Shown here piece by piece: positions 1-8,994 of a stretch of DNA of 33,817 nucleotides (position 1 is the first letter of the stretch; each line of letters begins with the position of its first letter). Position numbers and translations under genes: made by a program. The notes beneath the pieces are model-generated. The model made no database searches. It was not told the DNA's origin and saw only the letters and a list, made by a program, of their open reading frames with translations. The stretch is taken from assembly GCA_050745605.1 (NCBI GenBank), contig JBOGKI010000001.1, positions 1 to 33,817 of the forward strand, in the 5' to 3' direction. This DNA comes from Terriglobia bacterium (GTDB lineage: Bacteria > Acidobacteriota > Terriglobia > UBA7540).

Positions 1-138
1 GGCGGTCACAGACCGCCGCTACAGGAGCCAAACTGAGTCACTACCACACGACGCAGTTGATTGACAGTCAAGAGAGCACTGTGTTAGCCTGAGTGTTTTG
101 CGCCCTATCTCGACAACTAACATGCGGGGAGGCTGCCG

Positions 139-1317
139 GTGCCGGAAGGCGGAGAGCATTACCTTTTCAGTTCGGAGTCTGTGACCGAAGGACACCCGGA
201 TAAGATTTGCGATCAAATCTCGGACGCAGTGCTGGATGCCGTGCTCTCCGAGGATCCAACGGGCCGCGTGGCGTGCGAGAGCATGGTGAAGGACCAGTCG
301 GTCTACGTGATGGGCGAGATCACTACCCACGCCAAGCCCAAGATTGAGGAGTTGGTGAGATCGACGGTACGCGCCATCGGCTACACCGAGCCTGATTGCG
401 GGTTCACCGCCGACGGCTGCGAGATTCATGTGAACTTGAGCCGCCAGAGCGGCGACATTAACAGGGGCGTGGAGACGGGAGGGGCCGGCGATCAGGGCCT
501 GATGTTCGGCTTTGCCTGTGACGAAACCCGTGAGATGATGCCGTTCCCCATCATGATGGCGCACAAGCTCTGCCTGCGCCTGGCCGAGGTCCGGCGCAAA
601 AAGATCCTGGATTTCGTCAGGCCCGACGGCAAAGCGCAGGTGACGGTGGAGTATGAGGGTAACACTCCGAAGCGCGTGGACGCCGTCGTGGTGTCCACCC
701 AGCACAACGATGCTGTGACCCCGGAAACGTTGCGCGAGGGCGTCCTGCAATGCGTGATTAAGACGGTCATCCCCGCCGCGATGCTCGACGCCGACACCAA
801 GTACCACATCAATCCGACGGGGCGCTTCGTGGTGGGTGGACCGGTGGGCGATTCCGGACTCACCGGGCGCAAGATCATTGTGGATACTTACGGTGGCAGC
901 GCCCATCACGGCGGCGGCGCGTTCTCCGGTAAGGATCCGACGAAAGTGGACCGTTCCGCCACCTACATGGCGCGCTACATCGCCAAGAATATTGTGGCGG
1001 CGGGCCTCGCCCAGCGCGTGGAAGTGCAACTGGCCTACGCCATCGGCGTGGCGGAACCGGTTTCCGTGATGGTTGAGACTTACGGCACGGGCCGCGTCGA
1101 TAACACGACGCTGGTGAGCCTGATCCGCAAGCACTTTCAACTGACCCCGCTGGGCATCATTGAATCCTTGAAGTTGCGGCGCCCGATTTACAAAAAGACC
1201 GCGGCTTACGGGCACTTCGGCCGCAGCGAGCCGGAGTTCACCTGGGAGTCGACCGACGTTGCTGAAAAGCTGCGCGCGGATGCCGCTGGAAGAATGCGAA
1301 AGGAGATTGGCGCATAG
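139..1317 (+). CDS. metK: S-adenosylmethionine synthetase
   Basis: 392-aa ORF with hallmark MetK motifs in the translation ([48 protein letters not shown]). GTG start at 139 with GGGGAGG 6 nt upstream. Confidence 0.97.
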   Translation: MPEGGEHYLFSSESVTEGHPDKICDQISDAVLDAVLSEDPTGRVACESMVKDQSVYVMGEITTHAKPKIEELVRSTVRAIGYTEPDCGFTADGCEIHVNLSRQSGDINRGVETGGAGDQGLMFGFACDETREMMPFPIMMAHKLCLRLAEVRRKKILDFVRPDGKAQVTVEYEGNTPKRVDAVVVSTQHNDAVTPETLREGVLQCVIKTVIPAAMLDADTKYHINPTGRFVVGGPVGDSGLTGRKIIVDTYGGSAHHGGGAFSGKDPTKVDRSATYMARYIAKNIVAAGLAQRVEVQLAYAIGVAEPVSVMVETYGTGRVDNTTLVSLIRKHFQLTPLGIIESLKLRRPIYKKTAAYGHFGRSEPEFTWESTDVAEKLRADAAGRMRKEIGA

Positions 1318-2598
<1,281 letters not shown>

Positions 2599-2612
2599 AG
2601 GTGCAAAGCGTT

Positions 2613-2690
2613 CAGCATTCAGCTATCGGCTGTCAGCATGGGTGGGTAGATTTTTTCTGCTGAATGCTGATAGCTGACCGCTGAATGTTG
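2613..2690. repeat. long imperfect inverted repeat (about 27-bp arms, 24-nt loop containing T6) between ahcY and tldD
   Basis: Hand pairing of arm 2613-2639 with arm 2664-2690. Perfect blocks are cattcagc/gctgaatg and tcagcat/atgctga, with one 2x2 internal mismatch and a few G-T pairs. The loop is gggtgggtagattttttctgctga. Confidence 0.4.
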
Positions 2691-2752
2691 TCGGCCTCTT
2701 GGATGATTCGACCTTTGGAGCACTTCGTCTTCAACTTTTGTCCTGCGATCCC

Positions 2753-4210
2753 ATGAAAGAAATTGCTCAAAGCGCGCTGGAAACAGCGCGAGTTCGTGGC
2801 GCGGCCTACGCGGACGTTCGCGTCATGGATCTCCGCCAGCGCTTTATTTCCACCAAGAACGGGCAGGCGGCGCAGGTGCGTGAATCGCAGTCCGTGGGGC
2901 TTGGCGTCCGGGTGATTGCGGATGGCTCCTGGGGATTCGCTTCGACCGAGGACCTGGCGCGCGCCTCGGCGGACGTTGCCGCCGCCAAGGCTGTCGAGAT
3001 AGCCAGGGCTAGCGCGCTTTGCAAGAAGCACGACGTGAGCTTGGCGCCCGAGCAGAAGGTGGTTGACCACTGGGAAGCCCCCTGCCGCATTGATCCGTTT
3101 GCCGTTGCGGTTTCGACTTGCCTTGACCTGATGCTGAAGGTCGATGCCGAACTGCGCCGCGTTCAGGGCGTGACGCTCGCCGAATGTGCCATGGACTTCC
3201 GCCGCGTCGATCAGCTTTTCCTGTCCAGCATTGGCTCTGAGATCCACCAAGTGAAGACCCAGACGGGCGCGGGATATTCGGCGACTTCTTTTTCCGGGAA
3301 TGAAATCCAGCGCCGGTCTTATCCCAACTCCTTCGGCGGCCAGTACCAGACCAAGGGCTATGAGTTGATTGAGGAGTTGAGCCTGTTGAGCAATGCGCCG
3401 CGCATCGCCGAGGAAGCTGCCGCGCTTCATGGCTGCGATCAGTGCCCGGCCGGCGTTAAGGACATTATCCTGGGCGGATCGCAACTGGGCTTGCAGATTC
3501 ACGAGTCGATCGGACATCCTATTGAGCTTGACCGCGTCCTGGGTGATGAGGCCAATTACGCGGGCATGAGCTTTCTGACGCTGGAAAAGCTCAACCAGTT
3601 GCAGTACGCCTCCGAGATGGTAAGCGTAGTGGCCGATGCCACCGTCAACCACGGGCCCGGTCTTGGCACGTTCGCCTATGACGATGAGGGCGTGCCGGCG
3701 CAGTGCACTCCGATCATCAGCAATGGCCGGTTTGTGGGCTATTTGAGCTCGCGGGAATCGGCCGCGTCCATCAAGCAGCCACGCTCCAGCGGCGCCATGC
3801 GGGCCGAAGGCTGGAACCGCATTCCGCTGATCCGCATGACCAACGTCAGCCTGCTGCCGGGCAAATGGCGCCTGGAAGATTTGATCGCTGACTCTCAGGA
3901 CGCCATCTACATGGAAACGAACCGGAGCTGGTCGATTGATGACCGGCGCTACAACTTCCAGTTCGGGACCGAAATCGGGTGGGAAATCAAGAATGGGAAG
4001 AAGACCCGGATGCTGAAGAACCCGAGCTACGGCGGCATCACCACCGAATTCTGGAATTCGTGCGATGCCATTTGCGGGCCGCGGGAATGGACGCTGTGGG
4101 GTACGCCCAACTGCGGCAAGGGCCAGCCCATGCAGACCATGGGCACCGGCCATGGGGCTGCTCCGGCTCGATTCCGGAAGGTGCAGGTGGGAGTGGCATA
4201 TCAGCCGTAA
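2753..4210 (+). CDS. tldD: TldD-family metalloprotease
   Basis: HESIGHPIELDR (HExxxH) and IPLIRMTNVSLLPG motifs. The ATG at 2753 (MKEIAQSALE...) gives 485 aa, typical for TldD. The ORF track's upstream TTG at 2699 is an alternative start. Confidence 0.9.
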   Translation: MKEIAQSALETARVRGAAYADVRVMDLRQRFISTKNGQAAQVRESQSVGLGVRVIADGSWGFASTEDLARASADVAAAKAVEIARASALCKKHDVSLAPEQKVVDHWEAPCRIDPFAVAVSTCLDLMLKVDAELRRVQGVTLAECAMDFRRVDQLFLSSIGSEIHQVKTQTGAGYSATSFSGNEIQRRSYPNSFGGQYQTKGYELIEELSLLSNAPRIAEEAAALHGCDQCPAGVKDIILGGSQLGLQIHESIGHPIELDRVLGDEANYAGMSFLTLEKLNQLQYASEMVSVVADATVNHGPGLGTFAYDDEGVPAQCTPIISNGRFVGYLSSRESAASIKQPRSSGAMRAEGWNRIPLIRMTNVSLLPGKWRLEDLIADSQDAIYMETNRSWSIDDRRYNFQFGTEIGWEIKNGKKTRMLKNPSYGGITTEFWNSCDAICGPREWTLWGTPNCGKGQPMQTMGTGHGAAPARFRKVQVGVAYQP

Positions 4211-4292
4211 ATGGGTTCGTAGGGACGAACGCGCGGGCCGCCCTCGGGCCGGGTCCGCCCCAGGGTGATTCCTGCGCCACGAAGATCAATCC

Positions 4293-5627
4293 ATGCTAAA
4301 TCGTAAGCGTGCCGACGAACTCTTTGAAAAAGTTCTGAAATACTCCACCGCCGACGAGACGGAAGCTCACATCGCCTACACTTCCTATTCGCTCACTCGC
4401 TTCGCCAACAACACCATTCACCAGAATATGTCGGAGGAGGACCTGAACCTCTCGGTGCGGGCCGTTGTGGGCCACCGCACGGCGCGCGCCACCACCAATA
4501 AGCTGGACGAGGCCTCCATCCGCGAAATGTGCGAAGCAGCCCAGGCGCTGGCGCGCCTGCAGCAACCGAACCAAGAGTTGCTGCGCATGCCAGGGCCCCA
4601 GACCTACCGCGGTGTGGACCGTTGCGACGCGGAGACTGCGGAGCTGAGCCCACGCGCCCGCGCCGAAAGGGTGAAGCAGGTGATCGAGCGCGCGGAACGG
4701 GATCAGCTCACGGCGGCGGGCGTCTTTTCCAACGGCAAGGTAGTTCAAGGGCTCTACAACTCCCGTGGCCTCCGTGCCTATCATGAGGAGTCGGTCTCCG
4801 AGTTTTCCGTGACCATGTTGGCCGATACCGCATCGGGCTGGGCCAAGAAGACCGGCCAGCGGCATCAGACACTCGATCACGTGGCCCTGGCGGACCGCGC
4901 CGCCGCCAAGGCCCTGCGCAGCCGCGAACCGAAGGAAATTGAGCCGGGCCGTTACACGGTGATTCTCGAACCCTCAGCCGTGATGGATATGCTGGGCTTC
5001 ATGCTGCTCGACTTTGGCGGTCTGGCCGTGCTCGAGCAGCGGAGCTGCCTCACGGGCCGCGAGAGGCAGAAAGTGTTCGGCGAGAACATTCAGATTCGGG
5101 ATGATGTTTTTCATCCCTCTCAGAGCGGCGCACCGTTTGACGGCGAAGGCATACCCCGGCATCGAGTCAACCTGGTTGAAAACGGAATCGTGCAAAATCT
5201 TGTTTATGCCCGCCAGACGGCCCGCAAGGTGGGGAAAGAAGCCACCGGTCACGGTTTTCCTCTGCCCAACGAAATGGGTGAAGCGCCACTGAACATCGTC
5301 ATGGAAGGTGGACGCGGCACGGTTGAGGAAATGATCCGGTCCACGGAACGCGGGTTGCTTTTGACCCGGCTTTGGTACATCCGCGAAGTCGATCCTTACC
5401 TCAAAATACTGACGGGCATGACCCGCGATGGAACATTCTTTATCGAGGACGGAGAGATTCGGCACGGCGTCAAAAACCTGCGATTCAATCAAAGCCTGAT
5501 TGACTTGCTGAACCACGTGGAGATGATGAGCGCCCCGCAGCGCGCCGCCGGCGAGGAGTCGATTGAGATGGTGGTGCCGGCGATGAAGGTTGCCGATTTC
5601 AACTTCTCATCGACGACGAAGTTTTAG
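4293..5627 (+). CDS. pmbA: PmbA/TldE-family protein (TldD partner)
   Basis: 444-aa ORF immediately after tldD. It has the PmbA_TldD-family C-terminal motif TGMTRDGTFFIEDGEIRHGVKNLRFNQS and lacks the HExxxH of TldD, as expected for the PmbA paralogue. Confidence 0.85.
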   Translation: MLNRKRADELFEKVLKYSTADETEAHIAYTSYSLTRFANNTIHQNMSEEDLNLSVRAVVGHRTARATTNKLDEASIREMCEAAQALARLQQPNQELLRMPGPQTYRGVDRCDAETAELSPRARAERVKQVIERAERDQLTAAGVFSNGKVVQGLYNSRGLRAYHEESVSEFSVTMLADTASGWAKKTGQRHQTLDHVALADRAAAKALRSREPKEIEPGRYTVILEPSAVMDMLGFMLLDFGGLAVLEQRSCLTGRERQKVFGENIQIRDDVFHPSQSGAPFDGEGIPRHRVNLVENGIVQNLVYARQTARKVGKEATGHGFPLPNEMGEAPLNIVMEGGRGTVEEMIRSTERGLLLTRLWYIREVDPYLKILTGMTRDGTFFIEDGEIRHGVKNLRFNQSLIDLLNHVEMMSAPQRAAGEESIEMVVPAMKVADFNFSSTTKF

Positions 5628-5733
5628 GGCTACCTAGCGGAATTGACAGAGGTTGGGGCCCGGTGCTAGAAAAGCTAGTGGGGCCAGGCGGTATCTCCGG
5701 TTGGCATTTCATGCGGCACCTGGGGGGCGAGCG

Positions 5734-6120
5734 ATGCGAAAGCGGATTCGATTTGCTCCTTTGCTCCTCATTGTAGCCGCGAGCTTTGCCGTTTGGGCAG
5801 AACACACGCACAGCCGCAGCCTCGGAATCGCAGCAGGCGTTTTCCTGTTCACGGTGGGGGTTTACGTGCTAGCGCTGTCAGCCATTCGCTTGGCCTTTCG
5901 CGAGCAGGGCCGTTCCAAGATCCTGCTGCTCTCTGCGGGTCTGTTTTTAGGAGGTGTGGTGTTGGCCGGATGGATTAGCTTAAGGCACTCAGCGGGTTTG
6001 GATCCCGTGCTTCTGGTGATCATGCTGGCATGCACGACCTTCCCCGTGATGTTGTACGGGTTAGTGCTGGCCGCCGCGCGGCAAGTTATTAAGGAACGCC
6101 AATGCGTAGAGACTGGATGA
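5734..6120 (+). CDS. small integral membrane protein (about 4 TM), unknown function
   Basis: ATG at 5734 (MRKRIRFAPLLLIVAASFAV...) followed by four hydrophobic stretches. The longer ORF-track start at 5653 adds an Arg/Gly-rich leader that looks non-native. Confidence 0.5.
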   Translation: MRKRIRFAPLLLIVAASFAVWAEHTHSRSLGIAAGVFLFTVGVYVLALSAIRLAFREQGRSKILLLSAGLFLGGVVLAGWISLRHSAGLDPVLLVIMLACTTFPVMLYGLVLAAARQVIKERQCVETG

Positions 6121-6211
6121 GCGAAAGAGTGACCTTGGCGGGACCGCTGTGGTGCGAACAGCTTGATGGTCGAGACACAGCAACAGCAGCCCCTAGCCGG
6201 GGGAGAAGCTG

Positions 6212-6496
6212 ATGGACAGACTTGAACAAGTCGAAAAGAACCTGGTAGAAATCAGCGGCAACCTGCTGGTGCAAGCCCAGCTCATGGACCGTCTGGAACG
6301 GCGTGTGGACGATTTTCACCGTGAGACACGGGAGAGATTTGAAAAGCTCGAGGAACAAGTCGATGAAAATCAGGCGCGGGCCGCTCAGCACGAGATTGAG
6401 CTTCAGGAATTCCGCGCCACCGTGGCGCGGGTTCTGGACCTGTTGGAGCGCTTTGTTGCCGGCCGCGGGCAGAGCGGAAACGGCAATGAGGAATAA
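6212..6496 (+). CDS. small coiled-coil protein, unknown function
   Basis: 94-aa ORF with a GGGGGAGAAG Shine-Dalgarno just upstream. Heptad-like Leu/Glu/Arg-rich sequence (LEQVEKNLVEISGNLL...EKLEEQVDENQ). No family recognised. Confidence 0.45.
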   Translation: MDRLEQVEKNLVEISGNLLVQAQLMDRLERRVDDFHRETRERFEKLEEQVDENQARAAQHEIELQEFRATVARVLDLLERFVAGRGQSGNGNEE

Positions 6497-6591
6497 TCGA
6501 GCCGGCGACGGAGGTTGAGGGTCACGCCAGGTCGCAGCGCGCAGCCGCCAAGACAACCACGATCAAGAAGACAACCAGCTTGAGTTACGAA

Positions 6592-6666
6592 CGGCGCTAT
6601 CGTCTAGGGGTTAGGACGTGAGATTCTCAATCTCAAAACCCGGGTTCGATTCCCGGTAGCGCTACC
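6592..6666 (+). tRNA. tRNA-Glu (anticodon CUC), CCA encoded
   Basis: Cloverleaf folded by hand. Acceptor GGCGCTA/TAGCGCT (G1-U72 wobble). D arm GTCT-AGGGGTTA-GGAC. Anticodon stem TGAGA/TCTCA with loop TTCTCAA (CTC at 6625-6627). 4-nt variable loop. T arm CCGGG-TTCGATT-CCCGG. Discriminator A plus CCA. Confidence 0.9.
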
Positions 6667-6938
6667 AAATCTTCACGTTAGTATCAAAGCCGCATAGGTA
6701 TTGCTTGAAACCGATGTCGAACCTTCCTTCTTTCCAGTCTCTCGGAGTCCCTAAAGTCTGCGCGGAACCCCATGAAAATGGACACCACATGGACACCAAG
6801 CCGAAAGGAGTTGATCTTATCTCCGATTGGCAGCAATTCTTTTGGGGCAGGCGTACCTCTGCGGCGACACGAGCGCGACCCCGCAGCTATCGTAGCATCA
6901 CAGCGAGTCGCCCGATCTCAGCCAACCGCCCTCACGTC

Positions 6939-7970
6939 TCAGCCCTGGCCAGTGAGGCTGCTTTCAGTTGGCGGCGGGGGTCCAACGGAGCCGTCTGCGG
7001 CACCCTGAGGAGACTGTCGCGCTTGGCGCTGGGCGTCGTCTTTTCCGGCGATGACGGAGCGCAGTTGAATCAGGTTCTTGAGCGCGTTGTACCAGAAGGG
7101 CGCACCGAGACTCAAGAGCATGGCGGACAGCAGGATGCCCGGCAGCCGGAGAGGACGCCACTGGTTCCTCCAATCCTGCACGCTCTGTGGCAGGGTGAGG
7201 AGTCCGTCCTTCACCAGCAGCCCGTAGTACTTGTCGTAGTAAGCGCGGTCGGGCTGGGCGGCGGAAGAGGAGTCCTTTAGGATACCCGCTGACGCCTGGG
7301 CCAGCGACGTGCGCGCCGCATCATCCATCGACAGCCGGTTGATGAGCGCGACGGCGTCGAGCTGCAGGACCAGTGCGACCAGCAGTGCGGCGACGAAGGT
7401 CACGACGCACGCGCTGGAGGTGAAGCGCTCTGAAATTCGGTCGATGGTCTGGTCGAACCAGGCGTTCACTTTGGCCACAAAGTCGCTTCCGCCCTCATGG
7501 AGAATCGCGAGGTTCTTCCGCACGTTGTTGGCCAAGCCGGGCCAAGCGAGTTCCAGTTGCAGTGCCGCTTGGCGGATGTTTCTCAGCGTCGCCCCCGGGT
7601 CGCTGATGCCATTGGCTTCGAGCACCTGCATCAAAGCCGCTTGCGCCGGACCTCCCAGTTTCTGCGGCCCGTCGCCGGACGCCAGCTCGAGCAATAACTG
7701 CGTCAGCTCCTCGCGATGAATCACCGTTCCCAGACGCCCTCCGGCTTGGGCGATGAGCGGGTGTTTCAAAACCCCGGCCACGATTTCGGCAGCCATCGTC
7801 TGGGGCAGCGTCGGATCGATCTGCTGCAGCAGACCCACCAGGCCCCTTTTCAGATTCCGTCCCCGGCTGTTGACGACGCTGGTCCAGAAATGCGTCAGCA
7901 CTGTGACTGCCATACTGACGATCAACATGACCACCGAGACGCCAATCAAGACGTCAACGGTTTTGAGCAT
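6939..7970 (-). CDS. 3-TM membrane protein, unknown function, co-transcribed with the LuxR-type regulator
   Basis: 343-aa ORF with AAGGAG 7 nt before the ATG. It has an N-terminal TM (VLIGVSVVMLIVSMAVTVL), a helical soluble region, two further TMs (VVTFVAALLVALVLQL; ILLSAMLLSLGAPFWY) and a Pro/Gly-rich tail. It starts 39 nt after the stop of the upstream regulator gene. Confidence 0.7.
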   Translation of the reverse strand: MLKTVDVLIGVSVVMLIVSMAVTVLTHFWTSVVNSRGRNLKRGLVGLLQQIDPTLPQTMAAEIVAGVLKHPLIAQAGGRLGTVIHREELTQLLLELASGDGPQKLGGPAQAALMQVLEANGISDPGATLRNIRQAALQLELAWPGLANNVRKNLAILHEGGSDFVAKVNAWFDQTIDRISERFTSSACVVTFVAALLVALVLQLDAVALINRLSMDDAARTSLAQASAGILKDSSSAAQPDRAYYDKYYGLLVKDGLLTLPQSVQDWRNQWRPLRLPGILLSAMLLSLGAPFWYNALKNLIQLRSVIAGKDDAQRQARQSPQGAADGSVGPPPPTESSLTGQG

Positions 7971-8009
7971 GAGGGCTCTCCTTGTCAGCTTGGAGCGACG
8001 TCAAGTCCT

Positions 8010-8666
8010 TCACGGCGCGGCTGCGGCGCCGGACGGCGCTGAGGCCCGCAGCAACTCCTGCCGGTCCTGAACCCCGATCTTATTGAAGAGATTGGAGACG
8101 TGAAACTTCACAGTGCGCTCGGAAATCTCCAGTGCTTCGCCAATTTCGCGGTTGGAACGCCGCCGGACCATGAGCTGCAACACCTGGCTTTCCCGGGCCG
8201 TGAGCTTGCGGCCGGCTTCCAGGTCCAGCAGTTGAGTGGTCTCGCGCACGTATTGCCGGATTACGTGGTACGGGACCCAGAGGTCGCCCGCCATGACGGC
8301 CTTGATCGCCTGTGGCAGTTCTTCCTCCACCCGGTCCGAAAAGCTCACCATCCCGTCGATGCCGGAATAGAGCAGCCGTAGGATTTCCTCGTCGCTCGTC
8401 GTTCCCGCCGGCCGGAGAGCGAGGAACCTGCTGCCCGGAAACCGAAGGCGCAAGCGGCGGCTTAGCGGGTTCAAATCCTGGCCGAGCGAGCAGGAGTCAA
8501 GTACGAAGAGACGCGGATACTTTACCTGCAGGCCGTCTTCCAAGACCGCCAGCCCCGGCAGCCCCGGCAGCAGCCACTGCTTTAACAGCTCATGCATGGC
8601 CAGGACGCGAGAGAGCAAATGGGGTACCAGGGGATGTGCGGAAACAATCTGAACGTACAGGTCCAT
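8010..8666 (-). CDS. LuxR/FixJ/NarL-family transcriptional regulator with degenerate receiver domain
   Basis: C-terminal LuxR HTH (LTARESQVLQLMVRRRSNREIGEALEISERTVKFHVSNLFNKIGV). The N-terminal REC-like fold keeps an Asp in FVLDSC. The acidic pair is replaced (IVSAHP versus the usual DDHP) and I cannot align the conserved Lys. Start chosen at MDLYVQIV (GAGGG 7 nt upstream). The 333-aa ORF-track version would run into the sheath gene. Confidence 0.85.
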   Translation of the reverse strand: MDLYVQIVSAHPLVPHLLSRVLAMHELLKQWLLPGLPGLAVLEDGLQVKYPRLFVLDSCSLGQDLNPLSRRLRLRFPGSRFLALRPAGTTSDEEILRLLYSGIDGMVSFSDRVEEELPQAIKAVMAGDLWVPYHVIRQYVRETTQLLDLEAGRKLTARESQVLQLMVRRRSNREIGEALEISERTVKFHVSNLFNKIGVQDRQELLRASAPSGAAAAP

Positions 8667-8743
8667 AGTTCTACCCTCAATGCCCGGACTGGGATGTGCT
8701 GGCAAACACTTGTAGACTCCTTCCAACATGGTGTCAAGTACCG

Positions 8744-8757
8744 TATGCATATGCATA
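8744..8757. promoter_or_regulatory. 14-bp perfect palindrome TATGCATATGCATA in the divergent intergenic region (candidate operator)
   Basis: Read directly: the sequence is its own reverse complement. It lies in the AT-richest part of the 328-bp spacer between the regulator gene and the sheath gene. Confidence 0.3.
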
Positions 8758-8901
8758 ACTCGGTAAGCTTGATACGTCCCATGTGTACTCCTGTCCAGCG
8801 GCGGTACCGCTGGAGGGCAACGTTTCGCCCCATCTTCGCTGTCCTCACCAGTCCTCAATTCATGCTGAGAACCTGTCCCACCCACCCTTGGGGCAGTACA
8901 G

Positions 8902-8930
8902 TTGACAGCCGCCGGCTTCGGGCCTAATAT
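8902..8930 (+). promoter_or_regulatory. sigma70-like promoter candidate for the CIS operon (TTGACA-N17-TAATAT)
   Basis: Perfect -35 TTGACA at 8902-8907, a 17-nt spacer, and TAATAT at 8925-8930 (4/6 to TATAAT). It sits about 65 nt upstream of the sheath ATG, which has a GAGGGAGGA Shine-Dalgarno. Confidence 0.4.
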
Positions 8931-8994
8931 CTGGGGCGATAAGAGCGCGGCGCATCCCAGCACAAGCTTGTGCGCAGTAACGAGGGAGGATTCT

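Noticed and set aside
1-138. Possible SAM or SAH riboswitch upstream of metK-ahcY. A 7-bp hairpin ggcggtc-aca-gaccgcc at 1-17 and a TTGACA at 68-73 were noted.
   Set aside because: I could not recognise the conserved cores of the SAM-I, SAM-II, SAM-IV, SAM/SAH or SAH riboswitches. The leader is short and truncated by the window edge. A covariance-model scan (Rfam/Infernal) would be decisive.
6549-6798. Short direct repeats flanking the tRNA: aagacaacca twice (6549-6558, 6567-6576) and atggacacca twice (6778-6787, 6789-6798)
   Set aside because: These are 10-mers with no further structure or coding context. They are plausible chance or promoter-proximal features, but nothing I can support.
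8699-8713. Sigma54-like element (ctggcaaacacttgt) in the divergent intergenic region
   Set aside because: The GG/GC spacing is off by one, the -12 GC is GT, and it lies about 290 nt from the sheath ATG. No enhancer-binding protein gene is present.
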